Positions 9,666 through 19,137 of a stretch of DNA of 32,000 nucleotides are shown piece after piece. Below the pieces are notes generated by a model, which was not told the origin of the DNA, ran no database searches, and saw nothing but the letters and a program-made list of their open reading frames with translations. Numbering within the stretch: position 1 is the stretch's first letter; the number at the start of each line of letters is the position of its first letter. The position numbers and the translations under genes were made by a program. This stretch comes from Demequinaceae bacterium (GTDB lineage: Bacteria > Actinomycetota > Actinomycetes > Actinomycetales > Demequinaceae), in contig OZ252279.1 in assembly GCA_965250005.1 (NCBI GenBank), positions 1,920,001 through 1,952,000 on the forward strand. The letters run 5' to 3'.

Positions 9666-10538
9666 TTACTTAGTGGTGGCTCGAGCGCGCGGCTGTGGGG
9701 ATGGTGATGCGGTGGTTGCGTCGCCTCGTGCTTCGGACGGCGCAAACGCCACCCGGACGAACAGCACGAGCGTCGGAACCGCGTAGGCCACCCATGCGAT
9801 GGCTTCAAGAATGGTGGTCTGCGGCGAGAAGTTGAAGATTCCCTTGAGCGCGGTGCCGTACCAGGACGAGGATGGCACCTGGGCCGAGACGTCGAACGCG
9901 AGCGTGTTCAGCCCCGGCAGGACGCCCGCCTCCTGGAAGTCGTGGATGCCATACGCGAGCACGCCGGCCGCGACGATCACGAGGAAGACGCCAGTCCATT
10001 GAAAGAACTTGGCGAGGTTGATGCGCAGCGCGCCGCGGTAGATGAGGTAGCCCAGGACCACGGCGGTCGCGAGACCAAGGACGGCGCCGGCGATGGGCGC
10101 CGTGCTGCTGCCTGCGGCGGAGATCCCGGCCCACACGAAAAGTGACGTTTCGATGCCCTCGCGCCCGACGGCTACGAACGCGACCACGGCGATCGCGCCG
10201 GTGCCTACGGCGGCTGCGGCGTCTAGGGCGGTCTCCAGTTTTTCGCGAAGAAAGCGCGCCGTCTTGCCCATCCAGAAAATCATCCACGTCACCAGTGCTA
10301 CGGCGACGATGCTCATCGATCCGCCGATGATCTCCTGCGCCTCGAAGCTGAGGCCCCGCGGTCCCCACGTGAGGAGGGCCCCGAGTCCGAGCGAAATCCC
10401 AATGGCGGCCCACGTTCCGAGCCAAACGCCGCGCAGCTGCTGGCGGCGGTCGGAGCGCACCAGGTAGGCGACAAGTATGCCGATAACGAGCGCTGCCTCA
10501 AGGCCTTCGCGAAGGCCGATCAGGTAGTTCGCCATCAT
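9666..10538 (-). CDS. efeU: FTR1/EfeU-family high-affinity iron permease
   Basis: 290 aa; LREGLEAALVIGIL and VGREGIETSLFVWA, the two REGLE-type iron motifs of FTR1/EfeU. Confidence 0.92.
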   Translation of the reverse strand: MMANYLIGLREGLEAALVIGILVAYLVRSDRRQQLRGVWLGTWAAIGISLGLGALLTWGPRGLSFEAQEIIGGSMSIVAVALVTWMIFWMGKTARFLREKLETALDAAAAVGTGAIAVVAFVAVGREGIETSLFVWAGISAAGSSTAPIAGAVLGLATAVVLGYLIYRGALRINLAKFFQWTGVFLVIVAAGVLAYGIHDFQEAGVLPGLNTLAFDVSAQVPSSSWYGTALKGIFNFSPQTTILEAIAWVAYAVPTLVLFVRVAFAPSEARGDATTASPSPQPRARATTK

Positions 10539-10558
10539 GGTCCGGGCTCCTCAGAACG

Positions 10559-10580
10559 GGTTAGTGAGGCAAACCTAACC
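10559..10580. promoter_or_regulatory. Candidate DtxR/IdeR iron box upstream of efeU
   Basis: Inverted repeat GGTTAG-N10-CTAACC. The minus strand reads GGTTAGGTTTGCCTCACTAACC, matching the half-site TTAGGTTxGCCT; lies 21 bp upstream of the efeU start. Confidence 0.7.
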
Positions 10581-10660
10581 TGGGCCGTGGGGACTTGTCA
10601 AAAATACGGAACCATGGTGTTGCGTAATTCGTGGCCGGAGGCGCAAGCCGCGCACGGCGC

Positions 10661-10897
10661 CTAGCGCAGCGAGTGGCGAAACGCTGCGTCGCCGCGGCTC
10701 AGTGCGACTGCCCGGCGGCCGCGCATGGTGCGCGACCTGTCCATCCACGCCGACGTGGGAGAGCCGGGCTCTTCGTCTTCGTCGATGGCAGATGTGTACG
10801 CGACCATCCCCGCCACAAGCGCTGCGAGCTCGGCCTCGTCCGGGGTGCCGCGCACCACGCGCAGGCCGCCGGCGTGGGGATCTCTGAGTGGGCTCAC
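10661..10897 (-). CDS. accE: Acyl-CoA carboxylase epsilon subunit
   Basis: 78 aa; [20 protein letters not shown]...[11 protein letters not shown] pattern; GTG start overlaps the accD stop (GTGA). Confidence 0.82.
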   Translation of the reverse strand: MSPLRDPHAGGLRVVRGTPDEAELAALVAGMVAYTSAIDEDEEPGSPTSAWMDRSRTMRGRRAVALSRGDAAFRHSLR

Positions 10898-12510
10898 AGG
10901 GGGATGTTCCCATGCTTCTTGGGCGGAAGTGACGCCCGCTTGGATCGCAGCGCGCGGAGCGCCTTGACCACGTGGGCTCGGGTCTCGGCGGGCTCGATCA
11001 CGGCGTCGACGTACCCGCGGTCGGCCGCGTCGTACGGATTGACGATTGTCTCCTCGTACTCCTCGGTGAGGCGACTGCGTTCCGCCTCGACATCGCCGCC
11101 TTCGTCAGCGATTGCCGCGAGCGCCCGCCGCTGCAGGATGTTGACGGCTCCGCCCGCGCCCATCACGGCAATCTGCGCGGTGGGCCAGGCGAGGTTGACG
11201 TCCGCGCCCAACTGCTTGGACGCCATGACGATGTACGCGCCGCCGTACGCCTTGCGTGTGATGACGGTGACTAGAGGGACGGTGGCCTCGGCGTATGCGT
11301 AGATCAGTTTGGCGCCGCGGCGGATGATGCCCTGGTGCTCCTGGTCCGTTCCCGGCAGGAAGCCAGGGACGTCCACGAAGGTGAGAACGGGGATGTTGAA
11401 CGCGTCGCACGTGCGCACGAACCTCGCCGCTTTCTCTGCCGCGTTGATGTCGAGTGTGCCCGCCATGGACTGCGGCTGGTTTGCGACGATGCCGACGGAG
11501 TGGCCCTCAACGTGGCCGAAACCAACCACAATGTTTTGCGCGTACAGCGGCTGGACCTCGAAGAACTCGCCGTCGTCCAAGACGGCCTCGATCACCGTCT
11601 TCATGTCGTACGCCTGGTTGTCACTGTCCGGGACAACAGAATTCAGCGCTTTATCCCCGTCGGTGTGCTCGAGGTCAGCCTCGTGCTCCCAAATGGGGGG
11701 ATCGCTCAGGTTGTTCTGGGGGAGAAACTGGAGGAGGTGTTTGACGTAATCGATTGCGTCGTCCTCGTCGCTTGCGAGATAGTGCGCGACACCAGACTTG
11801 GAGTTGTGGGTAGCGCCGCCACCCAGCTCCTCGAACGTGACCTCTTCACCGGTGACCGATTTGATGACGTCGGGACCGGTGATGAACATCTGGGAGGTGC
11901 CGTCGGCCATGATGATGAAGTCCGTGAGTGCCGGCGAATAGACAGCGCCACCTGCGGACGGGCCCAGAATGATTGAGATCTGTGGGATTACGCCGGAGGC
12001 CGCGACGTTGCGGCGGAAAATCTCCGCGAACTGCGTAAGAGCGGCCACGCCCTCCTGGATGCGCGCGCCTCCGCCGTCGGAGATGCCGATGAGAGGGACG
12101 CCCGTGCGCAGGGCGAAGTCCTGGATCTTGGCGATCTTCGCGCCGTGAACCTCCCCGAGGGAACCCCCGAAGAGTGTGAAGTCTTGTGAGTAGACGGCCA
12201 CCTGGCGGCCGTCAATTGTTCCGTACCCCACCACTACGCCGTCCCCGTATGGGCGATTCTTCTCGAGCCCAAAGTTGGTGGAGCGGTGGCGCGCGAGTGC
12301 GTCGATCTCGGTGAACGAGCCCTCGTCGAGGAGCGCGTCTACGCGCTCGCGGGCGGTCTGCTTTCCGCGGGCGTGCTGCTTCTCCGACTTGGCGGCCTCG
12401 GGTCCCGTGACGGCCAGATCCACGCGCGATTGCAGGGCGTCGCGCGCGCCTTTGGTGGACTTGCTGGCGGGCTTGACCGCTTTGGCGGCTTTGGTCTTTT
12501 TGGTGCTCAC
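10894..12510 (-). CDS. accD: Acyl-CoA (propionyl/acetyl) carboxylase beta subunit
   Basis: 538 aa carboxyltransferase; [44 protein letters not shown]-like region ([14 protein letters not shown]), [34 protein letters not shown]. Confidence 0.95.
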   Translation of the reverse strand: MSTKKTKAAKAVKPASKSTKGARDALQSRVDLAVTGPEAAKSEKQHARGKQTARERVDALLDEGSFTEIDALARHRSTNFGLEKNRPYGDGVVVGYGTIDGRQVAVYSQDFTLFGGSLGEVHGAKIAKIQDFALRTGVPLIGISDGGGARIQEGVAALTQFAEIFRRNVAASGVIPQISIILGPSAGGAVYSPALTDFIIMADGTSQMFITGPDVIKSVTGEEVTFEELGGGATHNSKSGVAHYLASDEDDAIDYVKHLLQFLPQNNLSDPPIWEHEADLEHTDGDKALNSVVPDSDNQAYDMKTVIEAVLDDGEFFEVQPLYAQNIVVGFGHVEGHSVGIVANQPQSMAGTLDINAAEKAARFVRTCDAFNIPVLTFVDVPGFLPGTDQEHQGIIRRGAKLIYAYAEATVPLVTVITRKAYGGAYIVMASKQLGADVNLAWPTAQIAVMGAGGAVNILQRRALAAIADEGGDVEAERSRLTEEYEETIVNPYDAADRGYVDAVIEPAETRAHVVKALRALRSKRASLPPKKHGNIPL

Positions 12511-12548
12511 AACAGGAAACCTCCTAGAACTAGACGTAGCCTATCCGG

Positions 12549-13424
12549 ATGAGCAATGAACCTGGCCAAACCGGCGCCCAAACTGAGACCGCGTCTCGGG
12601 CACCCCTAGACGCGGTCGCTTTGATGGAGGAGCTTAGCGGGCCACGCGGGCCGCTCTCCCAGATCAGCGTGGTGCCGTTCTCGGAATCCACGAACACTGC
12701 CGTGGTGGAAGCGCTCGATATCGATGGCCAAGGCTGGCCGCACTTGTCAGCGCTGGTCGCCGACCATCAAACCTCCGGCCGCGGTCGGAGCGGGCGCACC
12801 TGGGATACACTCCAGGGCGCCGCGCTGACCGTTACCTTCGTGCTCCGCCCCACGGGAATCGCCCACGCGAGTTACGGGTGGGCGCCGCTGGTCGTTGGCC
12901 TTGGTGTGATCAGGGCACTGGCGGCATTTGGCGTTGAGGCGCGACTCAAGTGGCCCAACGACGTTGTCATTGAATTCTCTAGCGCCGATGCGGTGCCGGG
13001 CTGGGGTACTAACCGCAAAGTCGCGGGAATCCTGTGCGAGGTTGTGGGCCAGGCAATCGTCGCGGGCATTGGCATCAATGTGTCTCAGATTGAGTCCGAA
13101 CTTCCGGTGCCGCACGCTACCTCCCTTCTCGAGGCGGGTGCCGATAGCGCCGCAAGGGGCACGTTGCTTGGCGTGCTCGCTGGCGAAATCCGCGATGCCG
13201 TATCGAATTGGGAGCGGGATACGGGTGTTCAATCCGTAGCGCGGCAGGTCGCGGACGCGTGCGACACGATCGGTCGGGATGTTGTCGTTGACATTCCGGG
13301 AGGCGCGCCTGTGACGGGCCGCGCTACCGGGCTCTCAGAGGACGGCGGGCTGCTAGTCGATGTTGGGGAGCCTGAGCCGCGCGTGATTCTCGCGGGCGAC
13401 GTGCGGGTGCGCGCCCGAGGCTAG
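12549..13424 (+). CDS. birA: Biotin--[acetyl-CoA-carboxylase] ligase without an N-terminal HTH
   Basis: 291 aa; SVVPFSESTNTAVVEAL, ADHQTSGRGRSGRTW, LKWPNDVVI, KVAGILCEVVG, AGIGINV. The start may instead be an internal ATG near 12624. Confidence 0.9.
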   Translation: MSNEPGQTGAQTETASRAPLDAVALMEELSGPRGPLSQISVVPFSESTNTAVVEALDIDGQGWPHLSALVADHQTSGRGRSGRTWDTLQGAALTVTFVLRPTGIAHASYGWAPLVVGLGVIRALAAFGVEARLKWPNDVVIEFSSADAVPGWGTNRKVAGILCEVVGQAIVAGIGINVSQIESELPVPHATSLLEAGADSAARGTLLGVLAGEIRDAVSNWERDTGVQSVARQVADACDTIGRDVVVDIPGGAPVTGRATGLSEDGGLLVDVGEPEPRVILAGDVRVRARG

Positions 13425-13554
13425 GATTCGTCCGGAATATAGACGCTAACGGTGTGAATATTCCAACGCTTCCCTTTCCGGACAAATCGCAGTTGTCGTG
13501 GCAACATGTGATGTGTGGGCCGTGACGGCGGACTGCGAGATGCAAAGGAGTTTC

Positions 13555-13929
13555 ATGAGCGCGCAACCGGTGAGTAGGGTCCCCAGATTTGGGGAAGAGG
13601 ACTTCCTCCCCAATCGCCGAGCCATGGCGGCGCTACCGCTCACGGTCATGTACTGGGCGCTCATCTTCACTGTCGTATTCTTCGCCACCCGCGACTTTGA
13701 TTTTGAGGACTCGGTCGCTGCATCTGGGTACATCGGTGCCCTGCTCATCACGTTCATGATGATCATTTTCTTCATCATTCCGTCTGCGCTGGCTGGCGGC
13801 CTTGCTCGCCTCACGATCGAGCCCGCTTTGCGCAATGACAAACTTCGAAATGCCGCCCTCACGTTCACTGGCATCGTCGTGGTGGGCTCGCTTTCGATTG
13901 GGTGGGCCGTCTTTACTGGAGGGCTCTAA
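13555..13929 (+). CDS. Small membrane protein, unknown function
   Basis: ORF with internal ATG (MSAQPVSRVPRF...), three hydrophobic segments; stop overlaps the next ATG (TAATG). Confidence 0.6.
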   Translation: MSAQPVSRVPRFGEEDFLPNRRAMAALPLTVMYWALIFTVVFFATRDFDFEDSVAASGYIGALLITFMMIIFFIIPSALAGGLARLTIEPALRNDKLRNAALTFTGIVVVGSLSIGWAVFTGGL

Positions 13930-14555
13930 TGGCCCAGATAACGCGCGCAGGCAGAGAGTTGCTTGGGGAAATATCGGTTGCGCTGCGCGGCGAGGATCTC
14001 GCGGGACGTTTCCCCACGGTCGCCAAGGTAGTTGGGCCGCAGACGCACCGCGCGTGGGCCGCCGCAGCGATGGGCATCGCCATATTCTCCGTCCTGTTCT
14101 GGGCTGCGACGGCCGCGGGGAAAGGGCGGTTGGAGCTTTCCGAGGACGCGGAGTTGGGGTCGTATCCCAACCTCGTAGTTATCTCGTACTTCGCCGTCAC
14201 GGTGATACTCGCCCCACTTGTCGCGCAGACTGTAGGCGCCTGGCTGGAAAACTGGAGCGCGCGCCTGCAGAAGGACGACTCCGTGCTGCTGTTTATTGCG
14301 CTCGGGCTGGTGCTTGCAGTCCCCCCGACGCTGCTAATCGCCTTTGCCGCGCCAGAGGGATTCGCGATCGGCCCTGCGGTATGGCTCTTTGGGGCGCCCG
14401 TTGTGCTCGCGACGTCGATCACACGCGGTTACCTGGACGCGGTGCTGCGCCGCCCCCGCTATGTGAGTGCCGTTGTGAGCCTCGCGGTGCTCCCACCCGT
14501 GATCGTGGTCCTTTTCCTGCTCGGCCTCTATGTGGCGCAGGGCTCCCAAGCTTAG
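13929..14555 (+). CDS. Membrane protein, unknown function
   Basis: MAQITRAGRELLGEISVALRGED...; hydrophobic segments; translationally coupled to the preceding ORF. Confidence 0.6.
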   Translation: MAQITRAGRELLGEISVALRGEDLAGRFPTVAKVVGPQTHRAWAAAAMGIAIFSVLFWAATAAGKGRLELSEDAELGSYPNLVVISYFAVTVILAPLVAQTVGAWLENWSARLQKDDSVLLFIALGLVLAVPPTLLIAFAAPEGFAIGPAVWLFGAPVVLATSITRGYLDAVLRRPRYVSAVVSLAVLPPVIVVLFLLGLYVAQGSQA

Positions 14556-14571
14556 GGCGGAGCCGCGCGGG

Positions 14572-15273
14572 CTAGCTGGCTGGCTCGATTAGCCCGGCGT
14601 GGTTGTTGCGCACATTGCCCACGTCTCCGCCCACGCGCGTCACGTCCATTGGGGGTGGCGTGGACGCGATTACCACCTGCAGCTCGTCTGGATCGCTCTC
14701 CACGTCGAGCCACGCGTCGCGCGCATCGGCCCCGAGCATTACGGGCACGCGGTCGTGGATCCGCGCCATGTCCCCCATCGCCTGTGCCGTGAGGATGCTG
14801 AAGGTCACCAGGGCATCGTCGCCCTGATCCGGCCAGAACTCGTACAGCCCGGCGAAGGCGACGGGCGTGCCGTCTGCGGCGTGAATGAAGTACGGCTGTT
14901 TGCCGTCCGGGTGCTTCTGCCATTCGTAGTAGCCGTTCGCGGGGACCAGGCAGCGGCGGCGCTTGTACGCGCTGCGGAACGACGGCTTCTGTGCAACCGT
15001 CTCCCAGCGCGCGTTGAACATTCTGGAGCCGATGCTCCGGTCCTTGGCCCACGAGGGGACGAGGCCTCAGCGAGCGGTTTGGAGGCACCGGGTGCCCGCC
15101 GGGGAGTGGGAGGCTCCCTCGAGCGCCACCGCTGGGACGATGATTCTGGCCGACTGGGCGGGCGCGATGTTCCAGGACGGTGGGAGCAGGCGGGCGTCGT
15201 CTGCCGCAGATGTGATCGCAAACGTGTATTCGAGTTCGCGCTGCTCCAGGAAGTCTGCGAATCTGCCACACAT
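14572..15273 (-). pseudogene. SRAP-domain protein (SOS response-associated peptidase, YedK/HMCES family) interrupted by one in-frame TGA
   Basis: N-terminal ORF 15067..15273 (MCGRFADFLEQREL...SWNIAPAQ...TAR*) and C-terminal ORF within 14572..15066 (*GLVPSWAKDRSIGSRMFNARWETV...NGYYEWQ...HDRVPVML) share one frame. They are separated only by TGA at 15067-15069, where family members have Trp in RWGLVPSWAKD. Confidence 0.85.
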
Positions 15274-15320
15274 GACTTCAGGCTCTCACGTGGCGTTGCG
15301 GCGAGCCGCGATTCTTGCTG

Positions 15321-15349
15321 TTGTGGACCCAAGCAGCTATTGGTAATCT
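15321..15349 (+). promoter_or_regulatory. Candidate sigma70-type promoter for a near-leaderless transcript
   Basis: TTGTGG (15321-15326) - 17 nt - TAATCT (15344-15349), followed 9 nt later by ATG at 15358. Confidence 0.5.
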
Positions 15350-15357
15350 TGACGACC

Positions 15358-15447
15358 ATGGCGAAGGAGCCGACCGAGCCGCCCCCGAGCATCAGTCTTG
15401 ACGCGGCGTTTTCCGAGCGGCAAGACGGCGCGAACAGGCCGTCATGA
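15358..15447 (+). CDS. 29-aa micro-ORF, coupled to the downstream surface-protein gene
   Basis: MAKEPTEPPPSISLDAAFSERQDGANRPS; stop overlaps the ATG at 15444 (ATGA); candidate promoter immediately upstream. Confidence 0.45.
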   Translation: MAKEPTEPPPSISLDAAFSERQDGANRPS

Positions 15448-18185
15448 CTCCGTCCGGGCGCTCGCGGGCAGGTGCGACCACCGTCATCCTCCTTGCGTTC
15501 GTCGGCGTGATTTTGTTTGGGCCCCTTGGCTATTTGCTCGGGAATCGCACGCATTCCGACGCGGGAGTTCAACCGCCCCGCTATTCGACCGAGGTGGCGG
15601 TCGTGACTGTGCTGCCGGGTGCACCATCCGAAGGCGAGCGGACCTACTCTGTCGACGTCGCGGCCGCAGGCCTGATCGCAGAGGTCATCCTGCTCGCTGC
15701 TGGCGAAGAGGTCGCGCGCCTGGAGCCGGATGGCAACCCGCAGGTGCTTCGCACGGCATTCGCCACGGCGGCCGAGGGGCCGATCGGGGCGGTCGTCGTC
15801 CTTGTTGACGGACGAACCTCGGAGTCGCCCACGGTTTCGACGCGGTCGCAGTCCACGGATTTCGAAGCGCGCCTGGGCAACGACGGAGTGCAGCGGGACA
15901 CCGAGGCCGGGCTGGTTGACGCCAACCCCGACGAGCTGCCGATTCTGCGGCCCCGGCTCGCGACGGCCGTGAACTGGGAGGGACCAGCCCGGATTGTCGG
16001 CGGGCTACTCCAGGTCGATGATCCCGGGGTTTCGCGAGTTTTCGCCTACGTCTCGGGTGACGGAGTCGATTGGCACCGCATCCCAGCCGGGGCGGGCGAG
16101 TCGCTCGCACTTGTGGATGGGGTCGCGGATGTAGCAGGGCGCCTACCCGCGCTCGCGTCGCGGTCTCTGACGGTCGAATTGTGGCGTGACGACACTGAGG
16201 TCAACCACCTGGGGTTTGCGACGGCCACGTTGCCCGCCGATCTCGAGACGGCGAGCGCGATGACGGAGATCGGGCTGACTGGCCGGCTCGAGCTCGGATT
16301 CGTGGCTCAAGGTGCCTTCGGCCGAGGCGCGGAAGTACTCGTGGAGTCTGCCGTGTTACCGTCCGTGGACGCGGCGGACGAAATGTACTTCCGCTGGCAG
16401 ACCGACATCCCGGGCGTGACCCACGTGCTGTGGCAGGCGTTCCCCAACTCGCCCGCGATCATCGGGCCGCCCAGTCCGACAGACCTGGGGGTCGCGAGGT
16501 CGGGAATCTCGGAGGTGAGTTCTGGCGGACTCTTCCGGTTCGTTCCGCCCGATCGTGACCAGAGTGCGGTGTCGTCCGGGGATCCCACTGATGGCACCGC
16601 GGCAATCTCGCAGTGGATGCTCAACCCCACCCGCACGGCCGGACAGGTCGTCGCCGACGGCCCTCTGGCCAATGCGCTACCGCTGGGCGGCGCAATTCCG
16701 CTACCCAAAGACGGCGTGACTTCTTGGACGGTGCGCGCGCTGGCCTTTTCGGGTGACGAGTACCTCGACATCGCTTCGAACCCCGTTGTGGTGCGCCTCC
16801 CAATTCTCGAGTGGTCGGGACTCCTACTTCCGACCACGAACTACACGATCGCCGCCTCGGCGGATTCGGTGGCCGCAGTCGACCCACGTTGGCAGCGATG
16901 TTTCGATGTTGTTGGCATCGATCCAACGGTACGCGCGGATGCGGAAAACTCCAGCCCCGAGGCTGCGCTGCAATACGCGATCCTTGATTCCCTTCTGACG
17001 CATGGGTCTGTGCTGTGCCTGAACGTTTGCTACCACGCGAGCGTGAGCTCAGACCTTCTCTTGGCGGCGTACCCGGGATTCTCAGCAGCGGGGGTCAGCG
17101 CAGGAGGGCAAACGAACATCAAGATCGCGACCGGCACCGCGACGTGTGATTCTGGCGGCGGCTTCCTCGATGTCGTCGGCGCTTTCGGGACGGCCGTATG
17201 GGAAGTAGCGGGTGTGGGGTACGACCTCGTGGAGTCCACGTACAACGGCGCCGTGAAACTCGTGAAGAAGGCCGTTCTGGAGCTGTCCGGGTGCAAGCAG
17301 CTCGCGGGAGCGGTCGCCGACCAGTCGGACGCGGACAGCCTTTGCGCGGCCGCCGCGAGCATCGCTGTCGACGCGGCGCTGATGTCGGTGGGGCTCCCGC
17401 CCTCGCTACCGGACCGCGAGAAGTTGATTCAGAACGCGAAGGGTGATCTGGCCGCGTTACTCGTTCAACTAGCCACCGACCAGGGTGTGCCGTGCGAGGA
17501 GCTTGCCGCCGCGTCGGATGTGATCGACACCAAGGGGCTTACTTGTGAGCAGATCGCCGACAAGATTGTCGAGGAAGCCTCCGAGCAGCTCGCCGACGCG
17601 GTGCGCGCGAACGCGCGGAACCAGGGAATGCCGTTCCCACCCGGCGTCTCGGTCATCCAGGACACGCGCGCCACACCTGACCTGCTCCCGGTGACGATCA
17701 CCACGATCGCCGAGTCGGATCTTCCACCCGGGCGGACGTGTGACGCGCAAGTTCACGCCTTCGTGAAGTGGACGCCATCGGCGCATCCATCGGTCCCGTT
17801 CGTTGGGGCGCTTTACGCCGAGCCAAGGCCGTTTGCGCTAGCTGGCTCCGCCCCGTGGGCCATCCCATACCGTGAATACGTTGGCGCCTATCGCGCTCAA
17901 GGCCTGCGGCTCGCGCGGCCTGCTGCCGGTGAGACTACCGCCAGCACCACGGTCTATCTCGAATTGGCTGGTGGCGCGTTCCAGGATGTCGTCGCGTTCC
18001 GTGATCGGCCGTCGCCTTTCGCAGGCGCGGATCCAATCCGCGATCAGTGGAACGTAGCGGGCGACGTTGTGCTTCAGCGGCCCGGCGCGAAGATCAATGT
18101 GACCGTGGTCAGTGACTGTGCTGGCCTAGCGTTCGCGGATACGACGGTCCACTTCGGCTCGCTGTTTCCCGGAGGTACCGGGTGA
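15444..18185 (+). CDS. Large N-terminally anchored/secreted protein, unknown function
   Basis: 913 aa; N-terminal hydrophobic anchor TTVILLAFVGVILFGPLGYLLG, Cys-rich second half; no domain I can name with confidence. Confidence 0.8.
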   Translation: MTPSGRSRAGATTVILLAFVGVILFGPLGYLLGNRTHSDAGVQPPRYSTEVAVVTVLPGAPSEGERTYSVDVAAAGLIAEVILLAAGEEVARLEPDGNPQVLRTAFATAAEGPIGAVVVLVDGRTSESPTVSTRSQSTDFEARLGNDGVQRDTEAGLVDANPDELPILRPRLATAVNWEGPARIVGGLLQVDDPGVSRVFAYVSGDGVDWHRIPAGAGESLALVDGVADVAGRLPALASRSLTVELWRDDTEVNHLGFATATLPADLETASAMTEIGLTGRLELGFVAQGAFGRGAEVLVESAVLPSVDAADEMYFRWQTDIPGVTHVLWQAFPNSPAIIGPPSPTDLGVARSGISEVSSGGLFRFVPPDRDQSAVSSGDPTDGTAAISQWMLNPTRTAGQVVADGPLANALPLGGAIPLPKDGVTSWTVRALAFSGDEYLDIASNPVVVRLPILEWSGLLLPTTNYTIAASADSVAAVDPRWQRCFDVVGIDPTVRADAENSSPEAALQYAILDSLLTHGSVLCLNVCYHASVSSDLLLAAYPGFSAAGVSAGGQTNIKIATGTATCDSGGGFLDVVGAFGTAVWEVAGVGYDLVESTYNGAVKLVKKAVLELSGCKQLAGAVADQSDADSLCAAAASIAVDAALMSVGLPPSLPDREKLIQNAKGDLAALLVQLATDQGVPCEELAAASDVIDTKGLTCEQIADKIVEEASEQLADAVRANARNQGMPFPPGVSVIQDTRATPDLLPVTITTIAESDLPPGRTCDAQVHAFVKWTPSAHPSVPFVGALYAEPRPFALAGSAPWAIPYREYVGAYRAQGLRLARPAAGETTASTTVYLELAGGAFQDVVAFRDRPSPFAGADPIRDQWNVAGDVVLQRPGAKINVTVVSDCAGLAFADTTVHFGSLFPGGTG

Positions 18186-18946
18186 AGGTGCTAGCTGCCA
18201 TTGCGGTCGCCGCCGTGTCGCTCGGCGCCGGGGTAGGAGGGTGGATTCTTGGCGACGCACGATCAGCCCCCCCGGATGTGTCCGTGCACGGGCCGATGGC
18301 CTGGATCGACAACCCGCACGACGGCGACGCGTACCCGACTGGTCGGCATGTCGCGAACACGCACGCGGCTGCCCAGGACGGGATTGTCCAAATGGTATTC
18401 ACCGTCAACTCGGACCTTCAGGCGAAGGCTCTCGAGGGCGGGACGATCGAGAACGTCGACTGGTCCTTTGATGTGGACGAGCCTGGCGAATACACGTTGA
18501 CGGTGTGGGGAGTAACAGCTGGTGGTGAGGAGACGCCTTCATCCTCCGTAGTCATCATCGTGTTCGATCCGGACGCGCTTATCGCGACAGAAGTGGTGTC
18601 GGGACCGGAACCCGAGCCGGAACCCGAACCTGGGCCGTGCAGGCCATCGGCACCCAGTATCTCGCACCCGGATGACGGCGGTATTCCAGCGGAAGAGGGC
18701 GGGCCCGGATCGGCGCCGCTGGTGTGGTCTCAGCAGGGGTCGTGCGACGCGGAGGAGTGGCGAGTGGAGGTGGCGATCGACTCTGGATTCACAGACTTCT
18801 TGGAGAAGACGTCGCTTTCGGGTGAGGTCACGTCCCACTACGTCTACGGGCTTTCGTGTGAGACGTGGTACTGGCGCATACGGGGAGTCCGGGACGGCAC
18901 GACGGGACCGTGGGCGGTGCGGTCGTTCACCGTCGTCGACTGCTGA
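18182..18946 (+). CDS. Secreted protein with Ig-like and fibronectin-III-like regions
   Basis: 254 aa; signal-like N-terminus MKVLAAIAVAAVSLGAGVGGWILG; EPGEYTLTVWGVTAG; PEPEPEPEPG linker; WYWRIRGVRDGTTGPWAVRSFTV resembles an FN3-like end. Start overlaps the upstream stop. Confidence 0.7.
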   Translation: MKVLAAIAVAAVSLGAGVGGWILGDARSAPPDVSVHGPMAWIDNPHDGDAYPTGRHVANTHAAAQDGIVQMVFTVNSDLQAKALEGGTIENVDWSFDVDEPGEYTLTVWGVTAGGEETPSSSVVIIVFDPDALIATEVVSGPEPEPEPEPGPCRPSAPSISHPDDGGIPAEEGGPGSAPLVWSQQGSCDAEEWRVEVAIDSGFTDFLEKTSLSGEVTSHYVYGLSCETWYWRIRGVRDGTTGPWAVRSFTVVDC

Positions 18947-19137
18947 GCAAGACCAACCCGCGCCTTGGTGCAGCCTGGCGGCCGGAAATTGTGCCGCGGC
19001 AGCTTCATCGCCCACGCGGACAATCGTCGTATTTCGCCCACGCGATACTGGAACGCCGCACGTCCTGGGATCCGGCGGCACTTTCAGTTATCCACACTCA
19101 CCAAGCGGGATTTGCGCTTCACCCCTAGTCTCCCAAC

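Noticed and set aside
15274-15357. SOS (LexA) box upstream of the SRAP gene
   Set aside because: No actinobacterial TCGAAC-type SOS palindrome found in the intergenic region by eye.
14599-15447. 282-aa + strand ORF opposite the SRAP gene
   Set aside because: Long only because of antisense GC bias; its final 29 codons are the micro-ORF considered separately.
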